DNA from: Antedon mediterranea
Lineage: Eukaryota; Animalia; Echinodermata
DNA length: 64,000 bases
Assembly (NCBI RefSeq): GCF_964355755.1
Contig: NC_092675.1
Location: 8,737,812 to 8,801,811 of the forward strand
Reading direction: 5' to 3'
Below, piece after piece: positions 23,901-36,100 of this stretch. Within the stretch, counting starts at the first letter, position 1. Every line of letters begins with the position of its first letter. The translations under genes were made by a program, and so were the position numbers. The notes beneath the pieces were generated by a model that did not search any database, was not told the origin of the DNA, and saw only the letters and a program-made list of their open reading frames with translations.

Positions 23901-26383
23901 GTCGGGCCTCGTTAGTACTTGGATGGGAGACCGCCTGGGAATACCTGGTGTCGTAGACCTATGTTTAACTTTTTTAAATTATACTAAACAAAGTTTATTT
24001 TACCTTTCAATTATGTTTTTATGACAGTAACTATAAGATCTTTCTAAGTTATAATCTTGAACCGCAAGTAACCGAACGTCTACAACCATACCACGTTGAA
24101 AACACCGGTTCTCCTCCGAACACCGCAGTTAAACAACGTCGGGCCTGGTTAGTACTTGGATGGGAGACCGCCTGGGAATACCTTGTGTCGTAGACCTATG
24201 TTTAACTTTTTTAAATTATACTAAACAATGTTTATTTTACCTTTCAATTATGTTTTTTGACAGTAACTATAAGATCTTTCTCAGTTATAATCTTGAACCG
24301 CAAGTAACCGAATGTCTACAACCATACCACGTTGAAAACACCGGTTCTCGTCCGAACACCGCAGTTAAACAACGTCGGGCCTGGTTAGTACTTGGATGGG
24401 AGACCGCCTGGGAATACCTGGTGTCGTAGACCTATGTTTAACTTTTTTAAATTATACTAAATAAAGTTTATTTTACATTTCAATTATATTTTTATGACAG
24501 TAACTATAAGATCTTTCTAAGTTATAACCTTGAACCGCAAGTAACAGAATGTCTACAACCGTACCAGGTTGCCTAGCCTGTGAATAACTGTTGTCGTACA
24601 CCTGTTTTTTTCTTTTTAATAATCCTAAAATATAGTCTCGTTTAAGTGTTTCTATTTTCCAAAAATGTGTTTATACTGTTGATGATAGTATAAGTAAATA
24701 AATTCTAAGTGTAACCGCAATTAATCGAAAGTTTTTCAACTAAACTGCATTGAAAACAACGGTTCTCGTCCGATCACTGAAGTTAAACAAGTTGTTGTTC
24801 AAAGACATGTTTGTTGTTGTATGTTGCTGCTGTGGTGACGGTACAAACGTCACTGTACTACGCGGGCGTCCACTTGTGTGCGCGTTTGATTCTTAGCAAC
24901 AAAGCGGCCTGAATCTTTTGTACATGCCGCTATTGTGTTATGCTTCTTTGTACAGTGTTATTGTTTCCTTTATATTATCTTTTTAAGAACCTCAGTATAA
25001 CTTTTTAAATTATACTAAACAAAGTTGAATTTACCTTTCAAGTACTATTAGGTTATAGGATATATGTGTTTATAGAGATTTTGACAGTGAATATAAGATT
25101 TATATATACTTGAACCGCAAGTAACCGAACGTCTACAACCATACCATGTTGAAAACACCGGTTCTCGTCCGAACACCGCAGTTAAACAACGTCGGGCCTG
25201 GTTAGTACTTGGATGGGAGACCGCCTGGGAATACCTGGTGTCGTAGACCTATGTTTAACTTTTTTAAATTATAATAAACAATGTTTATTTTACCTTTCAA
25301 TTATGTTTTTTGACAGCAACTATAAGATCTTTCTCAGTTATAATCTTGAACCGCAAGTAACCGAATGTCTACAACCATACCACGTTGAAAACACCGGTTC
25401 TCGTCCGAACACCGCAGTTAAACAACGTCGGGCCTGGTTAGTACTTGGATGGAAGACCGCCTGGGAATACCTGGTGTCGTAGACCTATGTTTAACTTTTT
25501 TAAATTATACTAAATAAAGTTTATTTTACCTTTCAATTATATTTTTATGACAGTAACTATAAGATCTTTCAAAGTTATAATCTTGAACCGCAAGTAACCG
25601 AATGTCTACAACCGTACCAGGTTGCCTAGCCTGTGAATATCTGTTGTCGTACACCTGTTTTTATCTTTTTAATAATCCTAAAATATAGTCTCGTTTAAGT
25701 GTTTCTATTTTCCAAAAATGTGTTTATACTGTTGATGATAGTATAAGTTAAGTAAATAAATTCAAACTGTAACCGCAATTAATCGAAAGTTTTTCAACTA
25801 AACTGCATTGAAAACAACGGTTCTCGTCCGATCACTGAAGTTAAACAAGTTGTTGTTCAAAGACATGTTTGTTGTTGTATGTTGCTGCTGTGGTGACGGT
25901 ACAAACGTCACTGTACTACGCGGGCGTCCACTTGTGTGCGCGTTTGATTCTTAGCAACAGTGTGTTTTCATAGTTGGTTAAGTATTAAATTTAAATCTCT
26001 AAAAATCACTTTAATCCTTCTAAATTGTAACACTATCTGTAAGAGATATTAACAATTACCTAATACTAGAGCTATACTTTACTGTTTAACTCTGTAAAAA
26101 CAAATATTTAGGAGCATTTTTGGTTGTTTGAAAGCTAGGCCAACTCATGCCTGATTGACTTGCTTTCATAACCATCTACTCTAACCGGGAAGGAGGTAGG
26201 TGTAGGCCTAGCAGTTACCGGCCTAGGCAGTGTTCGATATTTTCAACTGTTATTTATTTATTTATTTATTTATTTTGGATTATTTGGTCTAGGTAGTGTT
26301 GGACAATTGTTATTATTGGTTTGAGTATTGGTTTGACTTTTTTGTATTTTTTTTTTCGCTCAAGTCAATAATACTAGATAGAA

Positions 26384-27244
26384 ATGCCCCCAAAAAAGAA
26401 ATCAGTTCCCAAGGAAGGCAAAGTTTGTGGAGAATGTGGCTCTTGTAGTCAGAATGTTATTGAGGAAGGTCTGCTCTGCAATCTATGCAATCTTTGGTTC
26501 CACAAAGGGTGTCAAAATGTCAGTGATAGCCTCTATCAATTGATTAATGCACATGGTAATAATGACTCGGTACATTGGTATTGTCGATCATGCAATACTA
26601 CGGCAAAAGATATTATGAAGAACCTTTCCAGCATTGCAACAACACAAACTGAGCTAGCAAAGCATATTGAAGCAAATACTGAGAAAATTGATAAGATACT
26701 ATCTAACCAAACAGAAATGTATTTAAAAACTGAAGAAAGACTAGAAAAGAAGTTAATAAATAGCATGGAGGAGAAGTTTAGCGAGCATGAAGATAGAGAA
26801 AAGCGTAAAGCAAATATTATAGTGTATGAAATTGAAGAATCCGATAAAACTGAGTCTAATTTGAGGAAAAAAGATGATTGGGAGAACGTAGCTCAATTTC
26901 TTCATGGACTTGATATACAGCATGTGGATAGTAAAATCAGAACTTTCTTCCGTTTAGGCAAACGAGAACCTACTAAAAGACGTCCTATTAAAATAGTTTT
27001 CTATGATATAAGAGACAAGGAGCTTATACTTAAGAATGCATGGGATAAAAAAATTAAAGGGGTTAGTAGAGACCGAAGCAAGTTAGATCGTGACCGGTTT
27101 AATACGCTGAAAGTCGAGAAAGAGAGAAGAGAGCAAGCTGGTGAGACCAATTTAATGATAAGAAACTACGAGATTGTGAAGGTGCCCTTTCGGACAAGCC
27201 CAAACCACAACCCTCAGGTCAAACAATACCAGGCACAACACTAA
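26384..27244 (+). CDS. CR1 ORF1: PHD finger, coiled coil and RRM-like domain
   Basis: CGEC...CNLCNLWFHKGC...WYCRSC (C4HC3); KRKANIIVYEIEE, RLGK and RPIKI motifs. Confidence 0.92.
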   Translation: MPPKKKSVPKEGKVCGECGSCSQNVIEEGLLCNLCNLWFHKGCQNVSDSLYQLINAHGNNDSVHWYCRSCNTTAKDIMKNLSSIATTQTELAKHIEANTEKIDKILSNQTEMYLKTEERLEKKLINSMEEKFSEHEDREKRKANIIVYEIEESDKTESNLRKKDDWENVAQFLHGLDIQHVDSKIRTFFRLGKREPTKRRPIKIVFYDIRDKELILKNAWDKKIKGVSRDRSKLDRDRFNTLKVEKERREQAGETNLMIRNYEIVKVPFRTSPNHNPQVKQYQAQH

Positions 27245-30188
27245 TAACACAAAGAAAATAAACACAGAAAGTAATTATAATTTAGGAAATAATACTTTTA
27301 ATTTTAATTATCGAAGAAATAACATTATCAACATTGACAGAGATAATCTTTCTTTTTTTTACACTAATTGTGATACATTAACTAACAAAATCGCAGAACT
27401 CCGAATAAGAATAAATCAGCTTAAACCGGATATTATAATCTTAAATGAGATATTACCTAAACATTATCTGTATGAAATTGATGAGAACATTTTTAATTTA
27501 GAAGGTTATAATTTATTTAGTAAACTGGAACATAGAGGAGTCGCGATCCTAGTAAAAGATACATTGACTGTATTTCAGGTTGACATAGGTGGTTTTGATG
27601 AGAATATATTTGTGAATATTAAATTAAATGATATTAATGTTTTAATTGGTTGTGTTTATCGCAGTCCAAGTAGTCACGCGGACAAATTTGAGGATTTAAA
27701 AGATATTTTGGTTGCAGCAGACAAGTACAGGGCTGATCATATGATTGTTGCTGGCGATTTTAATTTTAAAGGGATAAACTGGAGTAGCAAAGGGTTATCA
27801 CAAAATGTGAACCAAAAATTTACCGATTTAATCGATGATTTAATGTGGCATCAACATGTAGACTGTCCGACAAGACATCGTACTGGAGAAGAATCTAATA
27901 TACTAGATTTAGTACTTTCAAGAGAAGAGTTTGATGTCTGTGATCTTATTAGTAGTGCACCATTGGGAAAGAGTGACCATGTTGTTTTAACCTTTAATCT
28001 TGCTTTAAGTTTTATAGAAAAAGAAAATGTCACTCCTACAAGAAATTACTACAAAGCCAACTACGAAGCTATTAGAACTAAAATAAAAGAATCGAAACTA
28101 AATATTGATATGTATGAACTTGATGGTGTTTCTATTGCTAATTCTCTCTATTCCCTGTTAGATTTCTGTATTTTACAGTATGTTCCTTTAAGGTCTAAAA
28201 CTAAAAGGTATAAGAAGCAGTGGATGAACGTCGAAACAGTGTCTATAGTTAAACAGAAACATAAAGCATGGAATAGATATCAGAGTAGAAGAACACCGGA
28301 AAGATGGAATGCTTATATTAAAGTTAGAAATGAGACAAATAAGGCAATAAAAAAAGCGAAGAAAAGTTTTGAATGCAAGTTGGCATCCGAGATAAAAGTG
28401 AATCCTAAGAGTTTCTGGAAATATTATAAGGAGAAAACTGGCAAAAAGACGGGCATTTCTGCATTAAAAGACGAGAGAGGAGAACTGATTGTAGATGATA
28501 GACAAAAAGCTGCACTCTTAAACCAAGCATTTGCAACAGTTTTTACTAAAGAAAATATTTCTGACATTCCCGTGCTTAAACTTAACCTTGATCATGAAGT
28601 CGAACCTTTGTATACTGTTGCATTTCCGGAGAATGAAATTCGAAAGCACCTATTAGCATTAGACATTTGTAAGTCTCCAGGACCAGATGGTGTGCACTCT
28701 CGACTTTTAAAAGAAACGGCAAATGAAATTAGTCCAATTCTCAGCACTTTATTTTCCAAGCTTTTACATGAGGGAACTATTCCTGAACAATGGAGGCAAG
28801 CTAATGTTTCACCAATCTATAAGAAAGGCTGTAAAACTAATCCTCTAAACTATAGGCCAGTGAGTTTAACGTCAATACTATGTAAAACCATGGAGACATT
28901 CATCAAGAATGAAATATCGAAACATATGGAAGATAATAAACTATTTTGTAACGAACAACATGGGTTTCGCAAGGGAAGATCCTGCAACACGCAACTGCTT
29001 GAGGCCACTGAGAAATGGTCTTCAATGATAGATGAAGGACACTCTGTCGATATCTTGTACTGTGATTTTCAAAAAGCTTTTGACTCTGTTCCACATGAAA
29101 GACTTCTCCATAAAATGCATACATATGGTATTCGTGGTGAATTGTTGAAATGGACTAAAATATACTTGTCAAATCGTGTCCAGCGAGTGGTGGTAAATGG
29201 CGAAGTTTCGGATTGGATATCGGTCCAGAGTGGTATTCCTCAAGGGAGTGTATATGGTGTAATCTGCTTTACAATATTTATCAACGATCTGCCTCAATTA
29301 GTTAAGTCACCTCTTTTTTTGTTTGCTGATGATTCAAAGACATACAAAGCTGTTGATTCAGACATAGATGCTCTTGATTTTCAGGCGGACATTGATAAGA
29401 TGTATAAATGGTCAGTAAAGTGGCAGTTGCCCTTTAATATTAATAAATGTAAGGTTATGCATCTCGGTAAAAAATCCTTGAACACAACATACTTTATGGG
29501 AACAGGTTCAGATAGAATTCAGTTAGGAGTTGTAACTCAGATGAGAGATCTTGGTGTTTTAGTTGATAATAAATTGAATTTTCATGATCATATCGTTGAA
29601 GTTGTTAAAAAGGCTAACTCTAGACTTGGTTTAATTAAGAGAACCTTTGAATATTTAGACAGTCATTTAGTGTCTATCCTTTATAAATCAATGGTTAGAC
29701 CGATTTTAGAATATTCTAGTACGGCTTGTCTTCCTCAGTTTGTTGGTGATTCTATTCTCTTAGAAAAAGTTCAGCAAAGAGCCACAAAACTTGCTGTGGA
29801 AATTAAAACTCAACCATATAGTGACCGAATGAAATTTATGAAACTGCCATCATTAGCATTTCGAAGAAAGAGGTCTTGCTGCTTACAGATTTTTAGAATG
29901 ATACAAAAGTATGATAATGTTAATCCGGGTGTCTTTTTTGAATTAGCACCATCTACTGTAACTAGAGGCCACAATTTTAAAATTAAAAAAGTTCATAGTA
30001 AATCGAAACACAGACAGAAATTCTTTTCAATATCTGCAGTAAATGATTGGAATAGTTTGCCATATCATATAGTAAATGCATCCTCTATAAATAATTTTAA
30101 AACCCATCTTGAAACACACTGGAAAACCCACAACCTAAAGTTTGAGCCATATAACCAAGATGTTCAAAGAGGGACTCACAAACCTTAA
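27180..30188 (+). CDS. CR1 ORF2: APE endonuclease plus reverse transcriptase
   Basis: The frame opens at 27180, upstream of the track start at 27564, and includes YTNCDTLTNK and PDIIILNE. Further motifs: YRSP, GDFN, SDH, NYRPVSLTS, DFQKAFD, FADD, LEKVQQRATK and TRGHNFK. Confidence 0.92.
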   Translation, partial: RCPFGQAQTTTLRSNNTRHNTNNTKKINTESNYNLGNNTFNFNYRRNNIINIDRDNLSFFYTNCDTLTNKIAELRIRINQLKPDIIILNEILPKHYLYEIDENIFNLEGYNLFSKLEHRGVAILVKDTLTVFQVDIGGFDENIFVNIKLNDINVLIGCVYRSPSSHADKFEDLKDILVAADKYRADHMIVAGDFNFKGINWSSKGLSQNVNQKFTDLIDDLMWHQHVDCPTRHRTGEESNILDLVLSREEFDVCDLISSAPLGKSDHVVLTFNLALSFIEKENVTPTRNYYKANYEAIRTKIKESKLNIDMYELDGVSIANSLYSLLDFCILQYVPLRSKTKRYKKQWMNVETVSIVKQKHKAWNRYQSRRTPERWNAYIKVRNETNKAIKKAKKSFECKLASEIKVNPKSFWKYYKEKTGKKTGISALKDERGELIVDDRQKAALLNQAFATVFTKENISDIPVLKLNLDHEVEPLYTVAFPENEIRKHLLALDICKSPGPDGVHSRLLKETANEISPILSTLFSKLLHEGTIPEQWRQANVSPIYKKGCKTNPLNYRPVSLTSILCKTMETFIKNEISKHMEDNKLFCNEQHGFRKGRSCNTQLLEATEKWSSMIDEGHSVDILYCDFQKAFDSVPHERLLHKMHTYGIRGELLKWTKIYLSNRVQRVVVNGEVSDWISVQSGIPQGSVYGVICFTIFINDLPQLVKSPLFLFADDSKTYKAVDSDIDALDFQADIDKMYKWSVKWQLPFNINKCKVMHLGKKSLNTTYFMGTGSDRIQLGVVTQMRDLGVLVDNKLNFHDHIVEVVKKANSRLGLIKRTFEYLDSHLVSILYKSMVRPILEYSSTACLPQFVGDSILLEKVQQRATKLAVEIKTQPYSDRMKFMKLPSLAFRRKRSCCLQIFRMIQKYDNVNPGVFFELAPSTVTRGHNFKIKKVHSKSKHRQKFFSISAVNDWNSLPYHIVNASSINNFKTHLETHWKTHNLKFEPYNQDVQRGTHKP

Positions 30189-33100
30189 CAGGTTTATAGT
30201 CTAAAGGTCAAGGTAAATCAAGGTAAAACAACGCGGCCTGAATCTTTTGTACATGCCGCTATTGTGTTATGCTTCTTTGTACAGTGTTATTGTTTCCTTT
30301 ATATTATCTTTTTAAGAACCTCAGTATAACTTTTTAAATTATACTAAACAAAGTTGAATTTACCTTTCAAGTATGTGTTTCTTCAACAGAAGTGGGTGTA
30401 AATACCAACGTCATGGTTTCAGCAGCTGCTAATTTCAATCCTAGAAAATGTTCTATAATAAATGAACAAAACTATTAGGTTATAGGATATATATGTTTAT
30501 AGAGATTTTGACAGTGAATATAAGATTTATATATACTTGAACCGCAAGTAACCGAACGTCTACAATCATACCACGTTGAAAACACCGGTTCTCGTCCGAA
30601 CACCGTAGTTAAACAACGTCGGGCCTCGTTAGTACTTGGATGGGAGACCGCCTGGGAATACCTGGTGTCGTAGACCTATGTTTAACTTTTTTAAATTATA
30701 CTAAACAAAGTTTATTTTACCTTTCAATTATGTTTTTATGACATTAACTATAAGATCTTTCTAAGTTATAATCTTGAACCGCAAGTAACCGAACGTCTAC
30801 AACCATACCACGTTGAAAACACCGGTTCTCCTCCGAACACCGCAGTTAAACAACGTCGGGCCTGGTTAGTACTTGGATGGGAGACCGCCTGGGAATACCT
30901 TGTGTCGTAGACCTATGTTTAACTTTTTTAAATTATACTAAACAATGTTTATTTTACCTTTCAATTATGTTTTTTGACAGTAACTATAAGATCTTTCTCA
31001 GTTATAATCTTGAAACGCAAGTAACCGAATGTCTACAACCATACCACGTTGAAAACACCGGTTCTCGTCGGAACACCGCAGTTAAACAACGTCGGGCCTG
31101 GTTAGTACTTGGATGGGAGACCGCCTGGGAATACCTGGTGTCGTAGACCTATGTTTAACTTTTTTAAATTATACTAAATAAAGTTTATTTTACCTTTCAA
31201 TTATATTTTTATGACAGTAACTATAAGATCTTTCTAAGTTATAATCTTGAACCGCAAGTAACCGAACGTCTACAACCATACCACGTTGAAAACACCGGTT
31301 CTCCTCCGATAACCGCAGTTAAACAACGTCGGGCCTGGTTAGTACTTGGATGGGAGACCGCCTGGGAATACCTGGTGTCGTAGACCTATGTTTAACTTTT
31401 TATAAATTATACTAAACAATGTTTATTTTACCTTTCAATTATGTTTTTTGACAGTAACTATAAGATCTTTCTCAGTTATAATCTTGAACCGCAAGTAAAC
31501 GAATGTCTACAACCATACCACGTTAAAAACACCGGTTCTCGTCCGAACACCGCAGTTAAACAACGTCGGGCCTCGTTAGTACTTGGATGGGAGAACACCA
31601 GGGAATACGTGGTGTCGTAGACCTATGTTTAACTTTTTTAAATTATACTAAATAAAGTTTATTTTACCTTTCAATTATATTTTTATGACAGTAACTATAA
31701 GATCTTTCAAAGTTATAATCTTGAACCGCAAGTAACCGAATGTCTACAACCGTACCAGGTTGCCTAGCCTGTGAATATCTGTTGTCGTACACCTGTTTTT
31801 ATCTTTTTAATAATCCTAAAATATAGTCTCGTTTAAGTGTTTCTATTTTCCAAAAATGTGTTTATACTGTTGATGATAGTATAAGTTAAGTAAATAAATT
31901 CAAACTGTAACCGCAATTAATCGAAAGTTTTTCAACTAAACTGCATTGAAAACAACGGTTCTCGTCCGATCACTGAAGTTAAACAAGTTGTTGTTCAAAG
32001 ACATGTTTGTTGTTGTATGTTGCTGCTGTGGTGACGGTACAAACGTCACTGTACTACGCGGGCGTCCACTTGTGTGCGCGTTTGATTCTTAGCAACAACG
32101 CGGCCTGAATCTTTTGTACATGCCGCTATTGTGTTATGCTTCTTTGTACAGTGTTATTGTTTCCTTTATATTATCTTTTTAAGAACCTCAGTATAACTTT
32201 TTAAATTATACTAAACAAAGTTGAATTTACCTTTCAAGTATGTGTTTTTTCAACAGAAGTGGGTGTAAATACCAACGTCATGGTTTCAGCAGCTGCTAAT
32301 TTCAATCCTAGAAAATGTTCTATAATAAATGAACAAAACTATTAGGTTATAGGATATATATGTTTATTGAGATTTTGACAGTGAATATAAGATTTATATA
32401 TACTTGAACCGCAAGTAACCGAACGTCTACAATCATACCACGTTGAAAACACCGGTTCTCGTCCGAACACCGCAGTTAAACAACGTCGGCCTCGTTAGTA
32501 CTTGGATGGGAGACCGCCTGGGAATACCTGGTGTCGTAGACCTATGTTTAACTTTTTTAAATTATACTAAAAAAAGTTTATTTTACCTTTCAATTATGTT
32601 TTTATGACAGTAACCTATAAGATCTTTCTAAGTTATAATCTTGAACCGCAAGTAACCGAACGTCTACAACCATACCACGTTGAAAACACCGGTTCTCCTC
32701 CGAACACCGCAGTTAAACAACGTCGGGCCTGGTTAGTACTTGGATGGGAGACCGCCTGGGAATACCTTGTGTCGTAGACCTATGTTTAACTTTTTTAAAT
32801 TATACTAAACAATGTTTATTTTACCTTTCAATTATGTTTTTTGACAGTAACTATAAGATCTTTCTCAGTTATAATCTTGAACCGCAAGTAACCGAATGTC
32901 TACAACCATACCACGTTGAAAACACCGGTTCTCGTCCGAACACCGCAGTTAAACAACGTCGGGCCTGGTTAGTACTTGGATGGGAGACCGCCTGGGAATA
33001 CCTGGTGTCGTAGACCTATGTTTAACTTTTTTAAATTATACTAAATAAAGTTTATTTTACCTTTCAATTATATTTTTATGACAGTAACTATAAGATCTTT

Positions 33101-36100
33101 CTAAGTTATAATCTTGAACCGCAAGTAACCGAACGTCTACAACCATACCACGTTGAAAACACCGGTTCTCCTCCGAACACCGCAGTTAAACAACGTCGGG
33201 CCTGGTTAGTACTTGGATGGGAGACCGCCTGGGAATACCTGGTGTCGTAGACCTATGTTTAACTTTTATAAATTATACTAAACAATGTTTATTTTACCTT
33301 TCAATTATGTTTTTTGACAGTAACTATAAGATCTTTCTCAGTTATAATCTTGAACCGCAAGTAACCGAATGTCTACAACCGTACCAGGTTGCCTAGCCTG
33401 TGAATATCTGTTGTCGTACACCTGTTTTTATCTTTTTAATAATCCTAAAATATAGTCTCGTTTAAGTGTTTCTATTTTCCAAAAATGTGTTTATACTGTT
33501 GATGATAGTATAAGTAAATAAATTCAAACTGTAACCGCAATTAATCGAAAGTTTTTCAACTAAACTGCATTGAAAACAACGGTTCTCGTCCGATCACTGA
33601 AGTTAAACAAGTTGTTGTTCAAAGACATGTTTGTTGTTGTATGTTGCTGCTGTGGTGACGGTACAAACGTCACTGTACTACGCGGGCGTCCACTTGTGTG
33701 CACGTTTGATTCTTAGCAACAACGCGGCCTGAATCTTTTGTACATGCCGCTATTGTGTTATGCTTCTTTGTACAGTGTTATTGTTTCCTTTATATTATCT
33801 TTTTAAGAACCTTAGTATAACTTTTTAAATTATACTAAACAAAGTTGAATTTACCTTTCAAGTATGTGTTTCTTCAACAGAAGTGGGTGTAAATACCAAC
33901 GTCATGGTTTCAGCAGCTGCTAATTTCAATCCTAGAAAATGTTCTATAATAAATGAACAAAACTATTAGGTTATAGGATATATATATTTATAGAGATTTT
34001 GACAGTGAATATAAGATGTATATATACTTGAACCGCAAGTAACCGAACGTCTACAACCATACCACGTTGAAAACACCGGTTCTCGTCCGAACACCGCAGT
34101 TAAACAACGTCGGGCCTGGTTAGTACTTGGATGGGAGACCGCCTGGGAATACCTGGTGTCGTAGACCTATGTTTAACTTTTTTAAATTATACTAAATAAA
34201 GTTTATTTTACCTTTCAATTATATTTTTATGACAGTAACTATAAGATCTTTCTAAGTTATAATCTTGAACCGCAAGTAACCGAACGTCTACAACCATACC
34301 ACGTTGAAAACACCGGTTCTCGTCCGAACACCGCAGTTAAACAACGTCGGGCCTGGTTAGTACTTGGATGGGAGACCGCCTGGGAATACCTGGTGTCGTA
34401 GACCTATGTTTAACTTTTTTAAATTATACTAAACAATGTTTATTTTACCTTTCAATTATGTTTTTTGACAGTAACTATAAGATCTTTCTCAGTTATAATC
34501 TTGAACCGCAAGTAACCGAACGTCTACAACCATACCACGTTGAAAACACCGGTTCTCCTCCGAACACCGCAGTTAAACAACGTCGGGCCTGGTTAGTACT
34601 TGGATGGTAGACCGCCTGGGAATACCTGGTGTCGTAGACCTATGTTTAACTTTTTTAAATTATACTAAACAATGTTTATTTTACCTTTCAATTATGTTTT
34701 TTGACAGTAACAATAAGATCTTTCTCAGTTATAATCTTGAACCGCAAGTAACCGAATGTCTACAACCGGCCGTACCAGGTTGCCTAGCCTGTGAACATCT
34801 GTTGTCGTACACCTGTTTTTATCTTTTTAATAATCCTAAAATATAGTCTCGTTTAACTGGTTAGTACTTGGATGGGAGACCGCCTGGGAATACCTGGTGT
34901 CGTAGCCCTATGTTTAACTTTTTTAAATTATACTAAATAAAGTTTATTTTACCTTTCAATTATATTTTTATGACAGTAACTATAAGATCTTTCAAAGTTA
35001 TAATCTTGAACCGCAAGTAACCGAATGTCTACAACCGTACCAGGTTGCCTAGCCTGTGAATATCTGTTGTCGTACACCTGTTTTTATCTTTATAATAATC
35101 CTAAAATATAGTCTCGTTTAAGTGTTTCTATTTTCCAAAAATGTGTTTATACTGTTGATGATAGTATAAGTAAATAAATTCAAACTGTAACCGCAATTAA
35201 TCGAAAGTTTTTCAACTAAACTGCATTGAAAACAACGGTTCTCGTCCGATCACTGAAGTTAAACAAGTTGTTGTTCAAAGACATGTTTGTTGTTGTATGT
35301 TGCTGCTGTGGTGACGGTACAAACGTCACTGTACTACGCGGGCGTCCACTTGTGTGCGCGTTTGATTCTTAGCAACAACGCGGCCTGAATCTTTTGTACA
35401 TGCCGCTATTGTGTTATGCTTCTTTGTACAGTGTTATTGTTTCCTTTATATTATCTTTTTAAGAACCTCAGTATAACTTTTTAAATTATACTAAACAAAG
35501 TTGAATTTACCTTTCAAGTATGTGTTTCTTCAACAGAAGTGGGTGTAAATACCAACGTCATGGTTTCAGCAGCTGCTAATTTCAATCCTAGAAAATGTTC
35601 TATAATAAATGAACAAAACTATTAGGTTATAGGATATATATGTTTATATAGATTTTGACAGTGAATATAAGATTTATATATACTTGAACCGCAAGTAACC
35701 GAACGTCTAGAATCATACCACGTTGAAAACACCGGTTCTCGTCCGAACACCGCAGTTAAACAACGTCGGCCTCGTTAGTACTTGGATGGGAGACCGCCTG
35801 GGAATACCTGGTGTCGTAGACCTATGTTTAACTTTTTTAAATTATACTAAACAAAGTTTATTTTACCTTTCAATTATGTTTTTATGACAGTAACCTATAA
35901 GATCTTTCTAAGTTATAATCTTGAACCGCAAGTAACCGAACGTCTACAACCATACCACGTTGAAAACACCGGTTCTCCTCCGAACACCGCAGTTAAACAA
36001 CGTCTGGCCTGGTTAGTACTTGGATGGGAGACCGCCTGGGAATACCTTGTGTCGTAGACCTATGTTTAACTTTTTTAAATTATACTAAACAATGTTTATT

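Larger units (their letters stand above)
25960..30226 (+). mobile_element. Full-length CR1-clade LINE
   Basis: AACA is duplicated at 25956-25959 and 30227-30230. It has a 424-bp 5' UTR, a PHD ORF1, an APE-RT ORF2 and a (TCAAGGTAAA)2 tail. Confidence 0.95.

Noticed and set aside
29230-29275. Deviant CR1 RT motif GIPQGSVYGVICF as a sign of a novel enzyme
   Set aside because: From one copy I cannot tell family variation from private mutation, and the other RT motifs are normal.
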